This document shows, in pieces, positions 7,905 to 18,900 of a DNA stretch of 64,000 nucleotides (position 1 is the first letter of the stretch; every line of letters starts with the position of its first letter). Where the stretch lies: positions 53,821 to 117,820 of the forward strand of contig CAVPIW010000017.1 in NCBI GenBank assembly GCA_963705105.1, given 5' to 3'. The notes beneath the pieces are model-generated. The model saw only the letters and a list, made by a program, of their open reading frames with translations, made no database searches and was not told the DNA's origin. A program made the translations under genes and the position numbers. Source of the stretch: an uncultured Nitrospiraceae bacterium (lineage in GTDB: Bacteria; Nitrospirota; Thermodesulfovibrionia; Thermodesulfovibrionales; Dissulfurispiraceae).

Positions 7905-8448
7905 ATCGCCGGTCATCAGGACGGCCCTCGTGTTTGTCCTCGCCTATATACTGTCTCTCCTATGCTGGATACAGGTGAAGGACCATTACGGATATGCCGT
8001 CACCTTTGTCTCGTCCAAGTTCGTCGCGGGCCTCAAGAATGCGCGGATGACGGAGATAACCGGAAAGGGGGACACGATCGAGGCAACCTTTGCGCCGTCC
8101 GGAAAAACGGGAGGTATGCTCGTCGATATCCCCTTCAAGACCTCCAATTACACATTCAATGTCCCCCTGACCATTGCGATCATGGCCGCCTTCTGGCCGC
8201 ACCTTGCCAGGAGAGGCAGGGCGTATACAGAGGCGTGCCTTCTTCTGATGACGGTGCATCTGCTCTACGTGTTTTCCTACGGCGCCCAGCAGATGACTGC
8301 CGTTCTCATCGACCGCGGCATGGAGCAGGCCAATGTCCCGAAAGAGTTCTTCTATGAGTTTCTCTGGACCTTCACCGACAACATGATCATCCGGTTCGAG
8401 CCCTTCCTTATCGGCAGCTACCTGTTTTTCCGGTTCAGGCGCCGCTAA
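7897..8448 (+). CDS. Exosortase H-associated membrane protein
   Basis: Overlaps the xrtH stop; multi-TM; NYTFNVPL motif. Confidence 0.7.
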   Translation: MLRSPVIRTALVFVLAYILSLLCWIQVKDHYGYAVTFVSSKFVAGLKNARMTEITGKGDTIEATFAPSGKTGGMLVDIPFKTSNYTFNVPLTIAIMAAFWPHLARRGRAYTEACLLLMTVHLLYVFSYGAQQMTAVLIDRGMEQANVPKEFFYEFLWTFTDNMIIRFEPFLIGSYLFFRFRRR

Positions 8449-11400
8449 GGAACTGCGCACTCTGCCTTCTCAGCCTGTACGCGCTGATCCCTCCGGCGAT
8501 CAGGAAAAACAGCATCATCCCCCACTCCGTCATGGTGGGTACCGGCACGGCCCCTCCCTGCACATCTCCGAAGACTGCCGTCGCGGCGCCCTGAGGCGTC
8601 ACGGTTACAGATACAACCGTGTTTGTCGTACCCACGAAGCCCGGCGGCACGGTTTGAGAAACCGTATACTGCCCCGGCAGCAGGTTCACGAACACGTAGT
8701 TGCCGTTGCCGTCCGTCGTTGTCGTCGCAATGACGGCATTGGCGTTGTCCAGGAGGTTGATCGTCACGCCGGGCAGTGCCGGCTCCCCCTCATCCTGAAC
8801 GCCGTTGCCGTTGATGTCATTGAAAACCCTTCCCGTTACGGACCCTGTTGCCGGCGCGGTCTGTGCATCTCCGAAATCGGCTGGCGCCGTTCCACCTGCC
8901 GTCACATTCACCGCAACCGTATTAGGGGTCGTGCTGACAAACCCGGCGGGGTCCGTCTCGACGACGGTATAGTTTCCTGTGACGATGCCGGCAAACACGT
9001 AGGTGCCGTCCGCCGCGGAAGCCGTCGTCGCGATGACGGCATTGGTGTTATCCAGAAGGTTGATCGTCACGCCGGGCAGTCCCGGCTCACCGGCATCCTG
9101 GACTCCGTTCCCGTTGATGTCGCTGAAAACGACTCCTGATATGCCGCCGGTCGGCAAGGCTGTGATGGTTGTGCTCCCTGCGGCGCTGTTGTTCGTGAGG
9201 TTAGGGTCCGTGGTTGTTGTCGAGATGACCGCCTGCACCGTCACAGATCCCGAAGCCGGGGCCGTGTAGCTCAGCGTGAAGAGAACGCTCTGTCCGCTGG
9301 TGAGCGTGGGAGGGAGTCCTGACAACGTCGCGATGCCGGTCACCGGGTCATAGACGCATGAGACCCCGCTGCCGACGCATGAAACACCGCCGAGACCAGG
9401 GTTGAGAGTCAAAGTGTAACTCATCCCCGCGGCCGCAGACGGCCCAAGGTTGCTGCATGTAATTTGGACGTTTACCGTACTGCCTGCGGCGGCGTTAACA
9501 GGACCCACCATGGCGGTTGCAGCGTCAGCCAGCGCCGTCACGGTCGTCGGATCGCTCGCCGTATTGTTGCCGGCATTCAGCTCGCCTCCCCCGGACACAG
9601 AGGCAGAGTTCGTCACGATCGGCGCAGCGTTGCCGGCCACATCCACGGTCACGGTGATGGCTGGGTAGCTCAGTCCCGACGCAATCACATCGCTCCGTGT
9701 GCAGGTGAGCGTCGCAAGGACGCACGACCAGCCCGTGCCGCTCAAGCCGGTCACCGTCAGTCCTGCCGGCGGCGTCTCGGTCACCGTTACGAGCCCGGTT
9801 GTCGACCCCGCTCCGCTGTTCGTCACCGTGATGCTGTATGTCGCCCCCGTCTGTCCCTGCGTGAAGTTCCCCGTATGGGTTTTTGCGATCGTCAGGTCAG
9901 CCAGGGCGGTAATCGTCGTGGTGCTGCTCGCCGTATTGTTGCCGGGGTTGGAGTCGGTCGTAGCGGTGCTGATCGCGCTGCCGATCGTCACCGCACCATT
10001 GGCAGGTGCCGTATAGCTCAGGGTGATGGATATCGTCTGACCGCTCGTAAGTGTCACCGGCAACCCACTGATCGTCACCGCTCCCGTGATATTGTCGTAA
10101 GCGCAGGTCAGTCCGGCCGGCCCGCTGCAACTGACCGCTCCCACACCCAGACCGGCAGGCATCGTCACTCCGTACGTCACACCCGATGCCGTCGCGGGAC
10201 CGTTGTTGGTGAAGGTGATGGGAACATTCACAGTGCTCCCTCCGATGGCGCTGGCCGGTGGCGCGACGGTGGTCGATACGTCCGCCGTCGCCGCCGCCGC
10301 AGTGATGCCCGTCGTTCCCGTTGCGGAGTCAGGACCGATGTTCGATCCCTGACCGGTACTCGTGCCTATCGTCGATGTAATTGATACGGTGCCGGGAACT
10401 CCCGGCGCCGTATAGCTCAGCGTAATGGTTTCCGCCTGTCCGCTGATGAGTGTCGCTGGCAGCCCCGAAATGGCGACCGCACCCGTGACGTTGTCATAGG
10501 CGCAGGATAGTCCGACGGGCCCGCTGCAGCTCACCGCTCCCACACCCAGACCCGCAGGCAGCGTTGCTCCATAGGTAACCCCCGCCGCTGTTGCGGGACC
10601 AAGGTTCGTAAAGCTCACCGGCACATTGACGGTACTCCCGACGACGGCCGTGGCAGGAGGGGTTAACGACGTCGTCACATCGGCCGATGTTGCCCCTGCA
10701 TTGACGGTGGTAGTACCGCTCGCACTGTCAGGCGCCGCGTTCACTCCCTGGTTCGTCGTCGTCGTGATGGCGCTCCCGACAACGACCGATCCTGACGCGG
10801 GCGCAGTGTACGAGAGGGTGACGATCACCGTCTGCCCGCTGCTGAGACTTCCCGGAAGTCCGCTGATGTCCACCGCTCCGGTGAGGCCGTTGTAACTGCA
10901 CGTCGCTCCGGCGCAACTCACGCCGCTCAACCCCGGCGGCAATGAAGCGCCGTACGTCACCCCCGCCGCCGGCAACTGTCCTACATTGCCGAAACTGACA
11001 GGCACGTTCACCGTGCCTCCGGGCAGCGCTTCAGCCGGCGCCGTGACGGTGGTGGTAACGTCTGCGACCAAAACCACCGTCGTACCCGTCGACGTGTTGT
11101 TCGCACCGTTGGCGTCCGAGGATGTCGTCGTAATCAAAGCGTTCACCGGCACCGATCCCGCTATTGGAGCGGTATAGGTGAATCCGAAGAAGTAACTCTG
11201 ACCGCTTGCGAGTGTGGCAGGAAGCCCAGGCGATCCGCCGAAAGTTACAGCACCGGTCGTGTTGTCGTAGCTTGCGGTTACGCTGAAGGGCAGCGTCGTG
11301 AAGCTCACCGCCGAGGGGAAATTGCCCGGACTTCCTATTGTCACGGCGTATGTCACGCCCGCTGCCAGCCCTGCCCCATTGTTAGCAAAGGTGAAAGTCC

Positions 11401-13576
11401 CGGCCACCGTATCTCCGGCGGCGGCGCCTGCGGGTACGCTCACAGCCGCGATGACATCAACCTCGCCGATACCCGTGCTGATAAAGGCTGTATTGTTACC
11501 CGGATAATCGTCGACGGATGCCGTGCTGATACCTGTCGTTACGGTAATCGTTCCCGAGGCCGGCGCTGTGTAGCTGTATGTCATCGGCGCCGCCGGATTC
11601 GCTCCAAGCACAGTCTGTCCCGGCGTGAGCGTGGTCGTCAGAGGGGTTCCGCCGAAGGTCACGACACCGGTAATGTTGTCGTATGAGGCGGTGGTTCCCG
11701 TCGGCAAATTGCCGAAAGTTACCGTGCCCAACCCGGGAGACAGTGACATGCTGTACGTCACGTTGAGGGCCGATCCCGTCCCGTTGTTCTCAAATCTGAA
11801 GGCGCCCTGCACGGTGCTGCCCGGCGCCGCAGTGCCGGGTCCGCCGACTGATGTCGCCGCATCGATGACCACGGGGATGATCGTTAACGTTTCGACCGGG
11901 GGAGTCACGGAGTAGAACGTCCAGAGGTCGACACCCTTGGCGTCTCCCCAATCGTTCTTCGTTGACGTGGCGGTGCAGTCGTTGTTCTGCGTCGCGCCGC
12001 CGGTGCCGCTCTGGACTCCCCATGTACGGTAGGCCGTTGAAGAATCTACGCCATTCAGGCTGAGGTCAAGAACAGGAGGCGCCGGAACGGCGATCGGACA
12101 GAGGAGTCCGTTGAGAGTACCGACGAGAATGCCGCTCCTCGTCAGGTAGCCGCGGTCGTCATAGTAGACCGTTGTGTCTGGCGCCCCGACGCCGTTCAGG
12201 CGAGTGACTTCGGGGCCGCCGAAGAAGTTGTTCTCCGAATCGATGATGGGGAAGTGCGTCTCTCCGTTTCTCCCGGAAACGCTGAACGGGTAGGGGCCGC
12301 CGGCCGGGAAGTTGACGGCGTTGTTGTTCTTGCCGTCCCACGTAACGGTGTGGCTGCCGGTCCGCGCAACACCCGTGAGGGTGCGGTTGTTGATATTTTC
12401 CGGGTTGAAGTCGATTCCGTCGACGCTGATGACGATCTGGTAGGTAATGGTGTCCGTCGTATCGAACCTGAAGACCCCACCCGCGCCCACGGTGGACCGG
12501 GAGCCCGTGATATTACCGACGAAGGACATGTTTGACACCACCGGCGACGGCGGCACGAGAGGAATGCCGAGTGCTGTGAGCACCCGGGTTATCTCCGCCG
12601 CGTTCGCTCCGCCTGCGCTGGCGTCGCTGAAGAAGATCGGGTACTGGGCGATCTGGGAGGTGACTCCGACCGGAAGCGTGGTCACGGCCTGCTGGTTGCC
12701 TCGCAGGTCCTTGTAGAGAGGGTTGCCGTTGTCGAGGAACCCCAGTGAGTTGGCATACAGAGCATATTGATTAGGGTCCAGGCCGGTGAGCCGCTGTTTG
12801 TACCGGTAGCCGTCCTGGGTTATGTAATAGAGGGTCGAGTAGAGCGAGCAGCTGTTGCAGCCGGTGTATCCGGCAAAAGCGTATGTGAACAACCGTCCGT
12901 TCAGGTCGACGACGGACGTTGCATCAGCCCGTACGGTTACATCCCATGCAGAAACGGTGCTGGTGGACGTTGCGGGAGGGTCTACTGATCCGTTGGGACC
13001 ACCGCCGGCGCCCGCAACCGTGAAAACCACGCCGTAGACGCCCGTCTGGGGCGCCTGGTAGGCGCAGGGCCTGAAGCCGCCCGAAACGAGAACCGAATTG
13101 TCGGCGCTGTTCGGTCCCGCCAGTTCCTGGGCTCGATCGGCGATCAAGCCGGTCGTTGTCGCGCCGGTGCCGCCGGAGAAATGGACACCCGATTGCGTAC
13201 TTCCGCCCGAGCAGCTGAAATCTGCGGCCCCGGGAATGGTTTCATCACCGGGAATGCCGAAGCTCTGGGGATTGTAGACACTGATATCGCCCGTCGTCGT
13301 TCCGGTGGTGGATCGGTTTCGGGAACCGAGGACGATGTATTCCCCCGCCTGCGCATAGACGTAGAGGAAGGTACTTCGTCTGACCACATTGGCGTACTTG
13401 GCGCCGGCAGAGAGGTCGAGATTCGCCCGGGCGTTGTTCGTGCCGGCATACGTCGCCGGATACAGCGATCGGCTGCCCTCTCCATGGGCATTGACGGCTA
13501 TTCCGAATAATATAGTTATCGTGCATAATAAAAGGACTGCAGGGACCATGGAACGGCAACCCCGGCGAAGTTGCAT
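8435..13576 (-). CDS. Large surface protein with DUF11-like Ig repeats, two SdrD-B-like domains and an IPTL-CTERM sorting signal
   Basis: GAGGAGG RBS, signal peptide, repeated ADV...F.N.G...A.GV.Y...YTAP units, two F.DINGNGVQD.GEP units, C-terminus VPTMTEWGMMLFFLIAGGISAYRLRR. Confidence 0.9.
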   Translation of the reverse strand: MQLRRGCRSMVPAVLLLCTITILFGIAVNAHGEGSRSLYPATYAGTNNARANLDLSAGAKYANVVRRSTFLYVYAQAGEYIVLGSRNRSTTGTTTGDISVYNPQSFGIPGDETIPGAADFSCSGGSTQSGVHFSGGTGATTTGLIADRAQELAGPNSADNSVLVSGGFRPCAYQAPQTGVYGVVFTVAGAGGGPNGSVDPPATSTSTVSAWDVTVRADATSVVDLNGRLFTYAFAGYTGCNSCSLYSTLYYITQDGYRYKQRLTGLDPNQYALYANSLGFLDNGNPLYKDLRGNQQAVTTLPVGVTSQIAQYPIFFSDASAGGANAAEITRVLTALGIPLVPPSPVVSNMSFVGNITGSRSTVGAGGVFRFDTTDTITYQIVISVDGIDFNPENINNRTLTGVARTGSHTVTWDGKNNNAVNFPAGGPYPFSVSGRNGETHFPIIDSENNFFGGPEVTRLNGVGAPDTTVYYDDRGYLTRSGILVGTLNGLLCPIAVPAPPVLDLSLNGVDSSTAYRTWGVQSGTGGATQNNDCTATSTKNDWGDAKGVDLWTFYSVTPPVETLTIIPVVIDAATSVGGPGTAAPGSTVQGAFRFENNGTGSALNVTYSMSLSPGLGTVTFGNLPTGTTASYDNITGVVTFGGTPLTTTLTPGQTVLGANPAAPMTYSYTAPASGTITVTTGISTASVDDYPGNNTAFISTGIGEVDVIAAVSVPAGAAAGDTVAGTFTFANNGAGLAAGVTYAVTIGSPGNFPSAVSFTTLPFSVTASYDNTTGAVTFGGSPGLPATLASGQSYFFGFTYTAPIAGSVPVNALITTTSSDANGANNTSTGTTVVLVADVTTTVTAPAEALPGGTVNVPVSFGNVGQLPAAGVTYGASLPPGLSGVSCAGATCSYNGLTGAVDISGLPGSLSSGQTVIVTLSYTAPASGSVVVGSAITTTTNQGVNAAPDSASGTTTVNAGATSADVTTSLTPPATAVVGSTVNVPVSFTNLGPATAAGVTYGATLPAGLGVGAVSCSGPVGLSCAYDNVTGAVAISGLPATLISGQAETITLSYTAPGVPGTVSITSTIGTSTGQGSNIGPDSATGTTGITAAAATADVSTTVAPPASAIGGSTVNVPITFTNNGPATASGVTYGVTMPAGLGVGAVSCSGPAGLTCAYDNITGAVTISGLPVTLTSGQTISITLSYTAPANGAVTIGSAISTATTDSNPGNNTASSTTTITALADLTIAKTHTGNFTQGQTGATYSITVTNSGAGSTTGLVTVTETPPAGLTVTGLSGTGWSCVLATLTCTRSDVIASGLSYPAITVTVDVAGNAAPIVTNSASVSGGGELNAGNNTASDPTTVTALADAATAMVGPVNAAAGSTVNVQITCSNLGPSAAAGMSYTLTLNPGLGGVSCVGSGVSCVYDPVTGIATLSGLPPTLTSGQSVLFTLSYTAPASGSVTVQAVISTTTTDPNLTNNSAAGSTTITALPTGGISGVVFSDINGNGVQDAGEPGLPGVTINLLDNTNAVIATTASAADGTYVFAGIVTGNYTVVETDPAGFVSTTPNTVAVNVTAGGTAPADFGDAQTAPATGSVTGRVFNDINGNGVQDEGEPALPGVTINLLDNANAVIATTTTDGNGNYVFVNLLPGQYTVSQTVPPGFVGTTNTVVSVTVTPQGAATAVFGDVQGGAVPVPTMTEWGMMLFFLIAGGISAYRLRRQSAQFLSGA

Positions 13577-13849
13577 GTGCCTCCTCCTCAAATGTAATGG
13601 ATTCGTTATAAACAAGTGTCCAACCACAGATTTAATGGACGTTAATGGTACATGAAACAGTAAGAGAAAAAGCTATAATTCTCTGTGTTTTTCGAGAACT
13701 GCCGATGACACTGTTACCTGCGAAAACGTACCTATAAATAAGGGTCTCTTTGAAGGGTCGCTAAGCAGGGCGCTGCCATCATAGGATAGTATCGGGAATT
13801 AAGAAATAAAGTTTACAGTATTAAGTATGGTGGTGCATACAAAGGGAGG

Positions 13850-16060
13850 ATGTCCTTGCCGATGTCAGTGTCATATCCCCTTCTCTGTCTCATGGCTGCT
13901 CTGTTCACGATGATTCTCGCCCGTCCCGCAGCGTCGGAAAAGCCCGGGGGCCTCCCCGTCCGGCATGTCCTGTCCGTCTCCCTTGTCCCTGACGAACACC
14001 GCATCACGGCTGAGGACACCATAACGGTGCCTGATGACTTTCCGTCGGCCTCGGTGATCTATCTTCACAGGGGCCTCAATCCGATGACCCCGACAGAGGG
14101 CGTCTCTCTCGCCAGAGTCGAGACTGAGAAGAAGGGGTCCATTTTCGAGGTCTATCGTGTGAAGCTGCCTGCAGGACGGCGCACCTTCGTGCTCCGCTAC
14201 GGCGGGACGATTTACCATGACATCCGGCCTGTCGGCAGGGAGCATGCAAGGGGATTCGGCACGACGGCAGGGATGATCGGCAGCGAGGGCGTCTATCTCT
14301 CCGGCAGCTCTTTCTGGTATCCCCGGTTTGAACGCGACATCGTCACATTTTCCCTCACCGTTACACTACCGGGGGGATGGCTCGCCGTGAGCCAGGGGGA
14401 GCGGACGGCCATCGAACAGTCGAACATGTCCTCCCTTGTTCGATGGAATTCTCAGGAGCCTCAGGACGAAATTCATCTCGTTGCGGCTGCTTTCACTGAG
14501 CATGTCAGGCCCTTCCGGTCGGCGCGGGGCGAGGTGCAGGCGATGGTCTTTCTCCGCTCTCCCGACCGTGAACTTGCCGGCAGGTATCTCGACGCGACTG
14601 TCCGGTACATCACGATGTATGAGCGGCTGATCGGACCTTATCCCTACGGCAAGTTCGCCCTCGTGGAGAACTTCTGGGAGACGGGCTACGGCATGCCGTC
14701 CTTCACGCTCCTGGGACCGAAAGTGATCCGGTTCCCCTTCATTATCGTCTCCTCCTATCCCCACGAGATCCTCCACAACTGGTGGGGGAACAGCGTCTAT
14801 GCCGATTACGGCAAGGGGAACTGGACGGAGGGTCTGACGGCATACCTGTCGGACCATCTCCTCAAGGAGCAGCAGGGCGCAGGCGCCGAGTACCGGCTCA
14901 CGACCCTCCAGAAATATGCGGATTACGTGGTGGCGGAGCGGGACTTCCCTCTCAGCGGGTTCCTTTCGCGCCACAGCTCGCCCAGCGAAGCCGTCGGGTA
15001 CGGGAAATCCCTCATGTTTTTCCACATGCTGCGGCTGAGGCTCGGCGACGAAAAGCTTATCTCCGGCCTGAGGGATTTCTATCTCCGGAACCGCTTCCGG
15101 ACGGCCTCTTTCGACGACCTGAGAGAGAGTTTCGAGAAGGTGTCGGACATGGACCTTGCACATGAATTCGAACAGTGGGTCCATCGTCCCGGTGCGCCGC
15201 AGGTCCGCATCCACAGTGCGCAAAGCAGGAAGACGGAGAAAGGCTACAGGCTGGAGGCGGTCGTCGAGCAGGCGCAGCCCGGGCAGTCCTTCAAACTGCG
15301 GCTCCCCCTCGCGATCACCCTGGATGGACGAAAACAGGCCTATCAGGCGGTCATTGTCATGGACGGGCCGAAGACGGAGATTTCCCTTGACCTGCCGGGG
15401 CGGCCGATCAGGATCGACGGGGACCCTGAATTCGACGTCTTCCGCAGGCTGGACCGGGGCGAAATCCCCCCGGCCCTCTCGCAGGCCCTGGGCTCCCGGA
15501 AAATGCTCATCATCGTTCCATCTGGTGCGAAAGAGGCGATGATCCGTTCCTACCGGGATCTGGCAAAAGCCATCGAAGGATCAGGCCCCGACGAGGTGGA
15601 GGTGAAAGGGGACAACGAAATCGACATGCTTCCGTCAGACAGGGCGATTGCCGTCCTGGGCTGGGAAAACCGCTTTCTGACGGCCTTCCTCTCGACTCTT
15701 GAAGGGTACGACGTCACACCAGGAGATGTCGATCTCCGCATCGGGAAGGCGAACGTTCCGAAAAAGAACCACTCCTTTGTCCTTTCCTCCCGCCTCGCCG
15801 GCGCTGACAGGCACCCCCTCCTCCTTATCGCGTCAGATACCCCGGCATCGGCCCAGGGACTGGGAAAGAAGCTCCCTCATTATCACCGCTACAGCTACCT
15901 CGTCTTCAGGGGAGATGAACCGGAGAACATTGTGAAGGGACGATGGCCCGTCGTCAACTCCCCCATGACCATCCCTGTCCCGGATGAGACGGGCACGGTC
16001 CTGAAGGCGGACATGGGCGGCCTCGCCCCGAGGGAGCCGCTGATTACGATGCCGCAGTGA
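13850..16060 (+). CDS. M1-family (gluzincin) aminopeptidase, exported
   Basis: GYGMPS motif and HEILHNWWGN...WTEGL (HExxH...E). Confidence 0.9.
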   Translation: MSLPMSVSYPLLCLMAALFTMILARPAASEKPGGLPVRHVLSVSLVPDEHRITAEDTITVPDDFPSASVIYLHRGLNPMTPTEGVSLARVETEKKGSIFEVYRVKLPAGRRTFVLRYGGTIYHDIRPVGREHARGFGTTAGMIGSEGVYLSGSSFWYPRFERDIVTFSLTVTLPGGWLAVSQGERTAIEQSNMSSLVRWNSQEPQDEIHLVAAAFTEHVRPFRSARGEVQAMVFLRSPDRELAGRYLDATVRYITMYERLIGPYPYGKFALVENFWETGYGMPSFTLLGPKVIRFPFIIVSSYPHEILHNWWGNSVYADYGKGNWTEGLTAYLSDHLLKEQQGAGAEYRLTTLQKYADYVVAERDFPLSGFLSRHSSPSEAVGYGKSLMFFHMLRLRLGDEKLISGLRDFYLRNRFRTASFDDLRESFEKVSDMDLAHEFEQWVHRPGAPQVRIHSAQSRKTEKGYRLEAVVEQAQPGQSFKLRLPLAITLDGRKQAYQAVIVMDGPKTEISLDLPGRPIRIDGDPEFDVFRRLDRGEIPPALSQALGSRKMLIIVPSGAKEAMIRSYRDLAKAIEGSGPDEVEVKGDNEIDMLPSDRAIAVLGWENRFLTAFLSTLEGYDVTPGDVDLRIGKANVPKKNHSFVLSSRLAGADRHPLLLIASDTPASAQGLGKKLPHYHRYSYLVFRGDEPENIVKGRWPVVNSPMTIPVPDETGTVLKADMGGLAPREPLITMPQ

Positions 16061-16112
16061 CCGGGAAGGGCCCGTGACGATCATAATCACTGGCGTCCGG
16101 AATAACCCGGCC

Positions 16113-16360
16113 CCGGGGATAGGACATGATTTCTTCGCAAAATAGACCTTACCGCGACCATGCGCTTTCCGGAAAGGCGGGGCTGGGGTGAATGCGGCGA
16201 CAAGCCTTGCTGCGGCGACACCTTAACCGTCACAAAGGACGGCGTTTCAAGCCATTGTGTGAAAAAGCGCGCCTTCCACTGACACTCACACTGTCACTGA
16301 TACTGTTTTTCAGAGCGCATGCACCCCGCCTTTCCCGTCGGGCGTATGCAGCCATAGGGT
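16113..16360. repeat. Composite intergenic repeat (module D fragment plus inverted-repeat element with GTGTCA arm)
   Basis: GGAAAGGCGGGG...CCTTGCTGCGGCGACACC and CACTGACACTCACAC...CCCCGCCTTTCC. Confidence 0.75.
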
Positions 16361-16373
16361 TGCTCGAAAGGGG

Positions 16374-16811
16374 CTACTCGTTCTTCACCTCAAAACTATA
16401 GGTAATCTTTGCGACACCCCGGATCGTGGCGGCGACGGAGCAGTATTTGTTCTGTGAGAGCTCGATAGCCTTTTCCACCTTCTTGTCGGACATGTCCTTT
16501 CCCGTGACCACGTAATGCAGGTGGATGTCGGTGAACTGCCAGGGAGGCTCCTCGGCCTGTTTGGCGTCGGCGGTGACGGTAAGGCCCGTCAGACGCTGGC
16601 GCTGTTTCGTGATGAATTCGACGACGTCCCAGCCCGAGCATGAGCAGAGGCTGACGACCAGCAGATCCGACGGCTTGAGCCCCTTCCATTCCGTCCATTG
16701 CTCGTCTTTTCCCTTCTGCCACGACCCGGCGACGACCGTGCCGCCGTGGCTGTCCCGGCCGACAAACATCCTGCTGTCTTCTCCGCACCATTGAAGTGAA
16801 ATCTGTCCCAT
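16374..16811 (-). CDS. OsmC family protein
   Basis: KPSDLL...SLCSC and KYCSVAAT motifs; GGAGG RBS. Confidence 0.9.
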   Translation of the reverse strand: MGQISLQWCGEDSRMFVGRDSHGGTVVAGSWQKGKDEQWTEWKGLKPSDLLVVSLCSCSGWDVVEFITKQRQRLTGLTVTADAKQAEEPPWQFTDIHLHYVVTGKDMSDKKVEKAIELSQNKYCSVAATIRGVAKITYSFEVKNE

Positions 16812-16896
16812 AATACCTCCTTCCCGTTTGTTCAAGTCCGCCCCACGCACCTGATACTGATGGGTTCATTTGTAGAGCCACGGTCAATATAAGATT

Positions 16897-17155
16897 CTGT
16901 CATTCCGGCTCTTGTCCTCGCTCAGTCGAGGATCACTCCGGAATCTTTCTCTTTTCAGAAGGATTCCCGACGCCCCCGCATCAAGTGCGGGGTTGCGGGA
17001 ATGACAAATTGTGCGGTTTTGCTCCTGACATTCCTGGTATGTCTCATCGTCGCATTGAAAAGTCGTTGACCCATATCTGCCTTCCCGGAGGCAGCGTCGC
17101 TATCAGCGAGGCTGCGAGGCGCTTCGCCCCTCCTTTTCATGCAACGACAAGGTCA
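16897..17155. repeat. REP-like GTCATTCC palindrome followed by partial module B and an inverted-repeat arm
   Basis: GTCATTCCGGC...GGATTCCCGACGCCCCCGCATCAAGTGCGGGGTTGCGGGAATGAC; inverted copy at 35993-36073. Confidence 0.75.
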
Positions 17156-17170
17156 ACTGCCGACAGTCTC

Positions 17171-18421
17171 TCAAACGAAATAGTAAACGACGAAGGCGCT
17201 TGCCATGACGATGGACCCTGCCGGGATGATCTTCCTGTATATCCCCCAGATGTCGGCCTTGAAGTACTCCCTCGTCAGGACGAGACAAAGATGAACTGGC
17301 GAGAGGAGCACGCCGAGGAAACCCGAAGCGAAGGCAAGGGTCATCTCGTTCAGGTGAGCGCCCCCTGCGAGGCTGATGAGAAGAGGAAAGGTGCTCCCCA
17401 CGAAGCCGACGGTGATGCCGGTGAGGATCCCGCTCAGAAAGGGCAGCAGGACGATCACAGGCAGTGCCGGTATCCCCAGGTCCGCCAGGTATCTGCTCAG
17501 GGCTGATACGGCGCCGGAACTCTCCATCGTCGTTTTAAAAAGCATGACGCCGAAGATGAGGACCACGACATCGAGGGTGAAGCCGTACCGCAGCGTTCTG
17601 CCGATGTCCCTGAGTCCGACCCTGTAGAAAAGGAAAAGCGCCACGATCGTCAACGCCAGGGCGATGTGGAGCTCGATGCGAAGCGCTATGACGAGCAAGA
17701 GCACGAGGCTGACGGGCAGAAAACTCCAGAGGGGATTTGAAAACGCGCCCCCTTCCGCCCGGCCCTTGCCTTGCACTTCAGAAGCCTCACCGTCCTGCCT
17801 CCCGGTATCATGACGCCCCGGCGTGAAGGCTCCCCTTACGTTCCTCATGCTGAAGAGGAACCCCGTCAGAAAGATGAGGAGGGCGTAGGTGAGATTGGCG
17901 AGGATGAAGCTTCTCAGCTCGATGCCGGAGATCGCCGAGGCGAGGAGGATGCCCGGGTAGAGGGGTAGGACATACTCCCAGGGATGGCGGAACCAGTAAT
18001 TGACAAACCCCTTTTCCTCCGATGTCATCTTCAGTCCCTTTGTCGATTCTTCGACCATGGGAGCGGAAAAGTAGGCGCCTCCCAGGGACGGCAGCAGCCC
18101 GATCAGCATGGGCATCGAGACAATCACCGCCTTTTTGCGCTTCAGCAGGCGGCGCGATGCTTCGGTCATCCGCGCCAGCACCTGCTGTTCCCGGAGGACC
18201 ATTTCGAGGACCCTGATCAGGGTGAGGGCGAAGAACAGCTTCACGGTCGTGACATCGGTGACGGTGGCCGTCACCGTCGACAGGACGGCTCCGGGCGACA
18301 TCATGTAGAGGAGCCAGAGGAGCAGGGATGCCGCTGCCAGCACATACCCGACATTCCACTTCAGTCTCAGGAGGACAAGAATGGCCGCGAAAACAACGGA
18401 TATCCTGATGAGGTCGATCAT
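17171..18421 (-). CDS. DUF401 family membrane protein
   Basis: GLLPSLGGAYFSAPMV, NYWFRHPWEY and LSPVHLCL motifs. Confidence 0.85.
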   Translation of the reverse strand: MIDLIRISVVFAAILVLLRLKWNVGYVLAAASLLLWLLYMMSPGAVLSTVTATVTDVTTVKLFFALTLIRVLEMVLREQQVLARMTEASRRLLKRKKAVIVSMPMLIGLLPSLGGAYFSAPMVEESTKGLKMTSEEKGFVNYWFRHPWEYVLPLYPGILLASAISGIELRSFILANLTYALLIFLTGFLFSMRNVRGAFTPGRHDTGRQDGEASEVQGKGRAEGGAFSNPLWSFLPVSLVLLLVIALRIELHIALALTIVALFLFYRVGLRDIGRTLRYGFTLDVVVLIFGVMLFKTTMESSGAVSALSRYLADLGIPALPVIVLLPFLSGILTGITVGFVGSTFPLLISLAGGAHLNEMTLAFASGFLGVLLSPVHLCLVLTREYFKADIWGIYRKIIPAGSIVMASAFVVYYFV

Positions 18422-18483
18422 GCTGCATTATAGCATCTCCCGATACGTTGACTCCCCTTTCCGCGACTCCCTATACTTAACAC

Positions 18484-18900
18484 ATGAAAAAGATCGCTGT
18501 CATCGACGGCCAGGGAGGCGGCATCGGCAGCCTCATCATCAAGCGTGTCCGTGAGGAATGCGGCGAAACCGTCGAGATCATCGCCCTGGGGACGAATTCG
18601 ACGGCCACGTTCGCCATGATGAAAGCGAGGGCGAACAAGGGCGCGACGGGGGAAAACGCCATCGTCTGGAATGCGGGCAGGGCGGATGTGATTCTCGGCC
18701 CCCTCAGCATCATCCTATCCAACAGCATGTATGGTGAGCTGACATCGGCAATGGCGGAGGCCATCGCATCGTCGCCGGCGAGGAAGATTCTCCTTCCACT
18801 GAACCAGGAAGGAGTCGAGGTGATCGGCGTCGTCAGGGAGCCGCTCCTTCATGTCATCGATCATCTCATAGAACGCCTAAAGGAGGTCATTCATGTGTGA
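18484..18900 (+). CDS. DUF3842 family protein
   Basis: IAVIDGQGGGIG, ALGTNS.AT..M and GATGENA motifs. Confidence 0.85.
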   Translation: MKKIAVIDGQGGGIGSLIIKRVREECGETVEIIALGTNSTATFAMMKARANKGATGENAIVWNAGRADVILGPLSIILSNSMYGELTSAMAEAIASSPARKILLPLNQEGVEVIGVVREPLLHVIDHLIERLKEVIHV

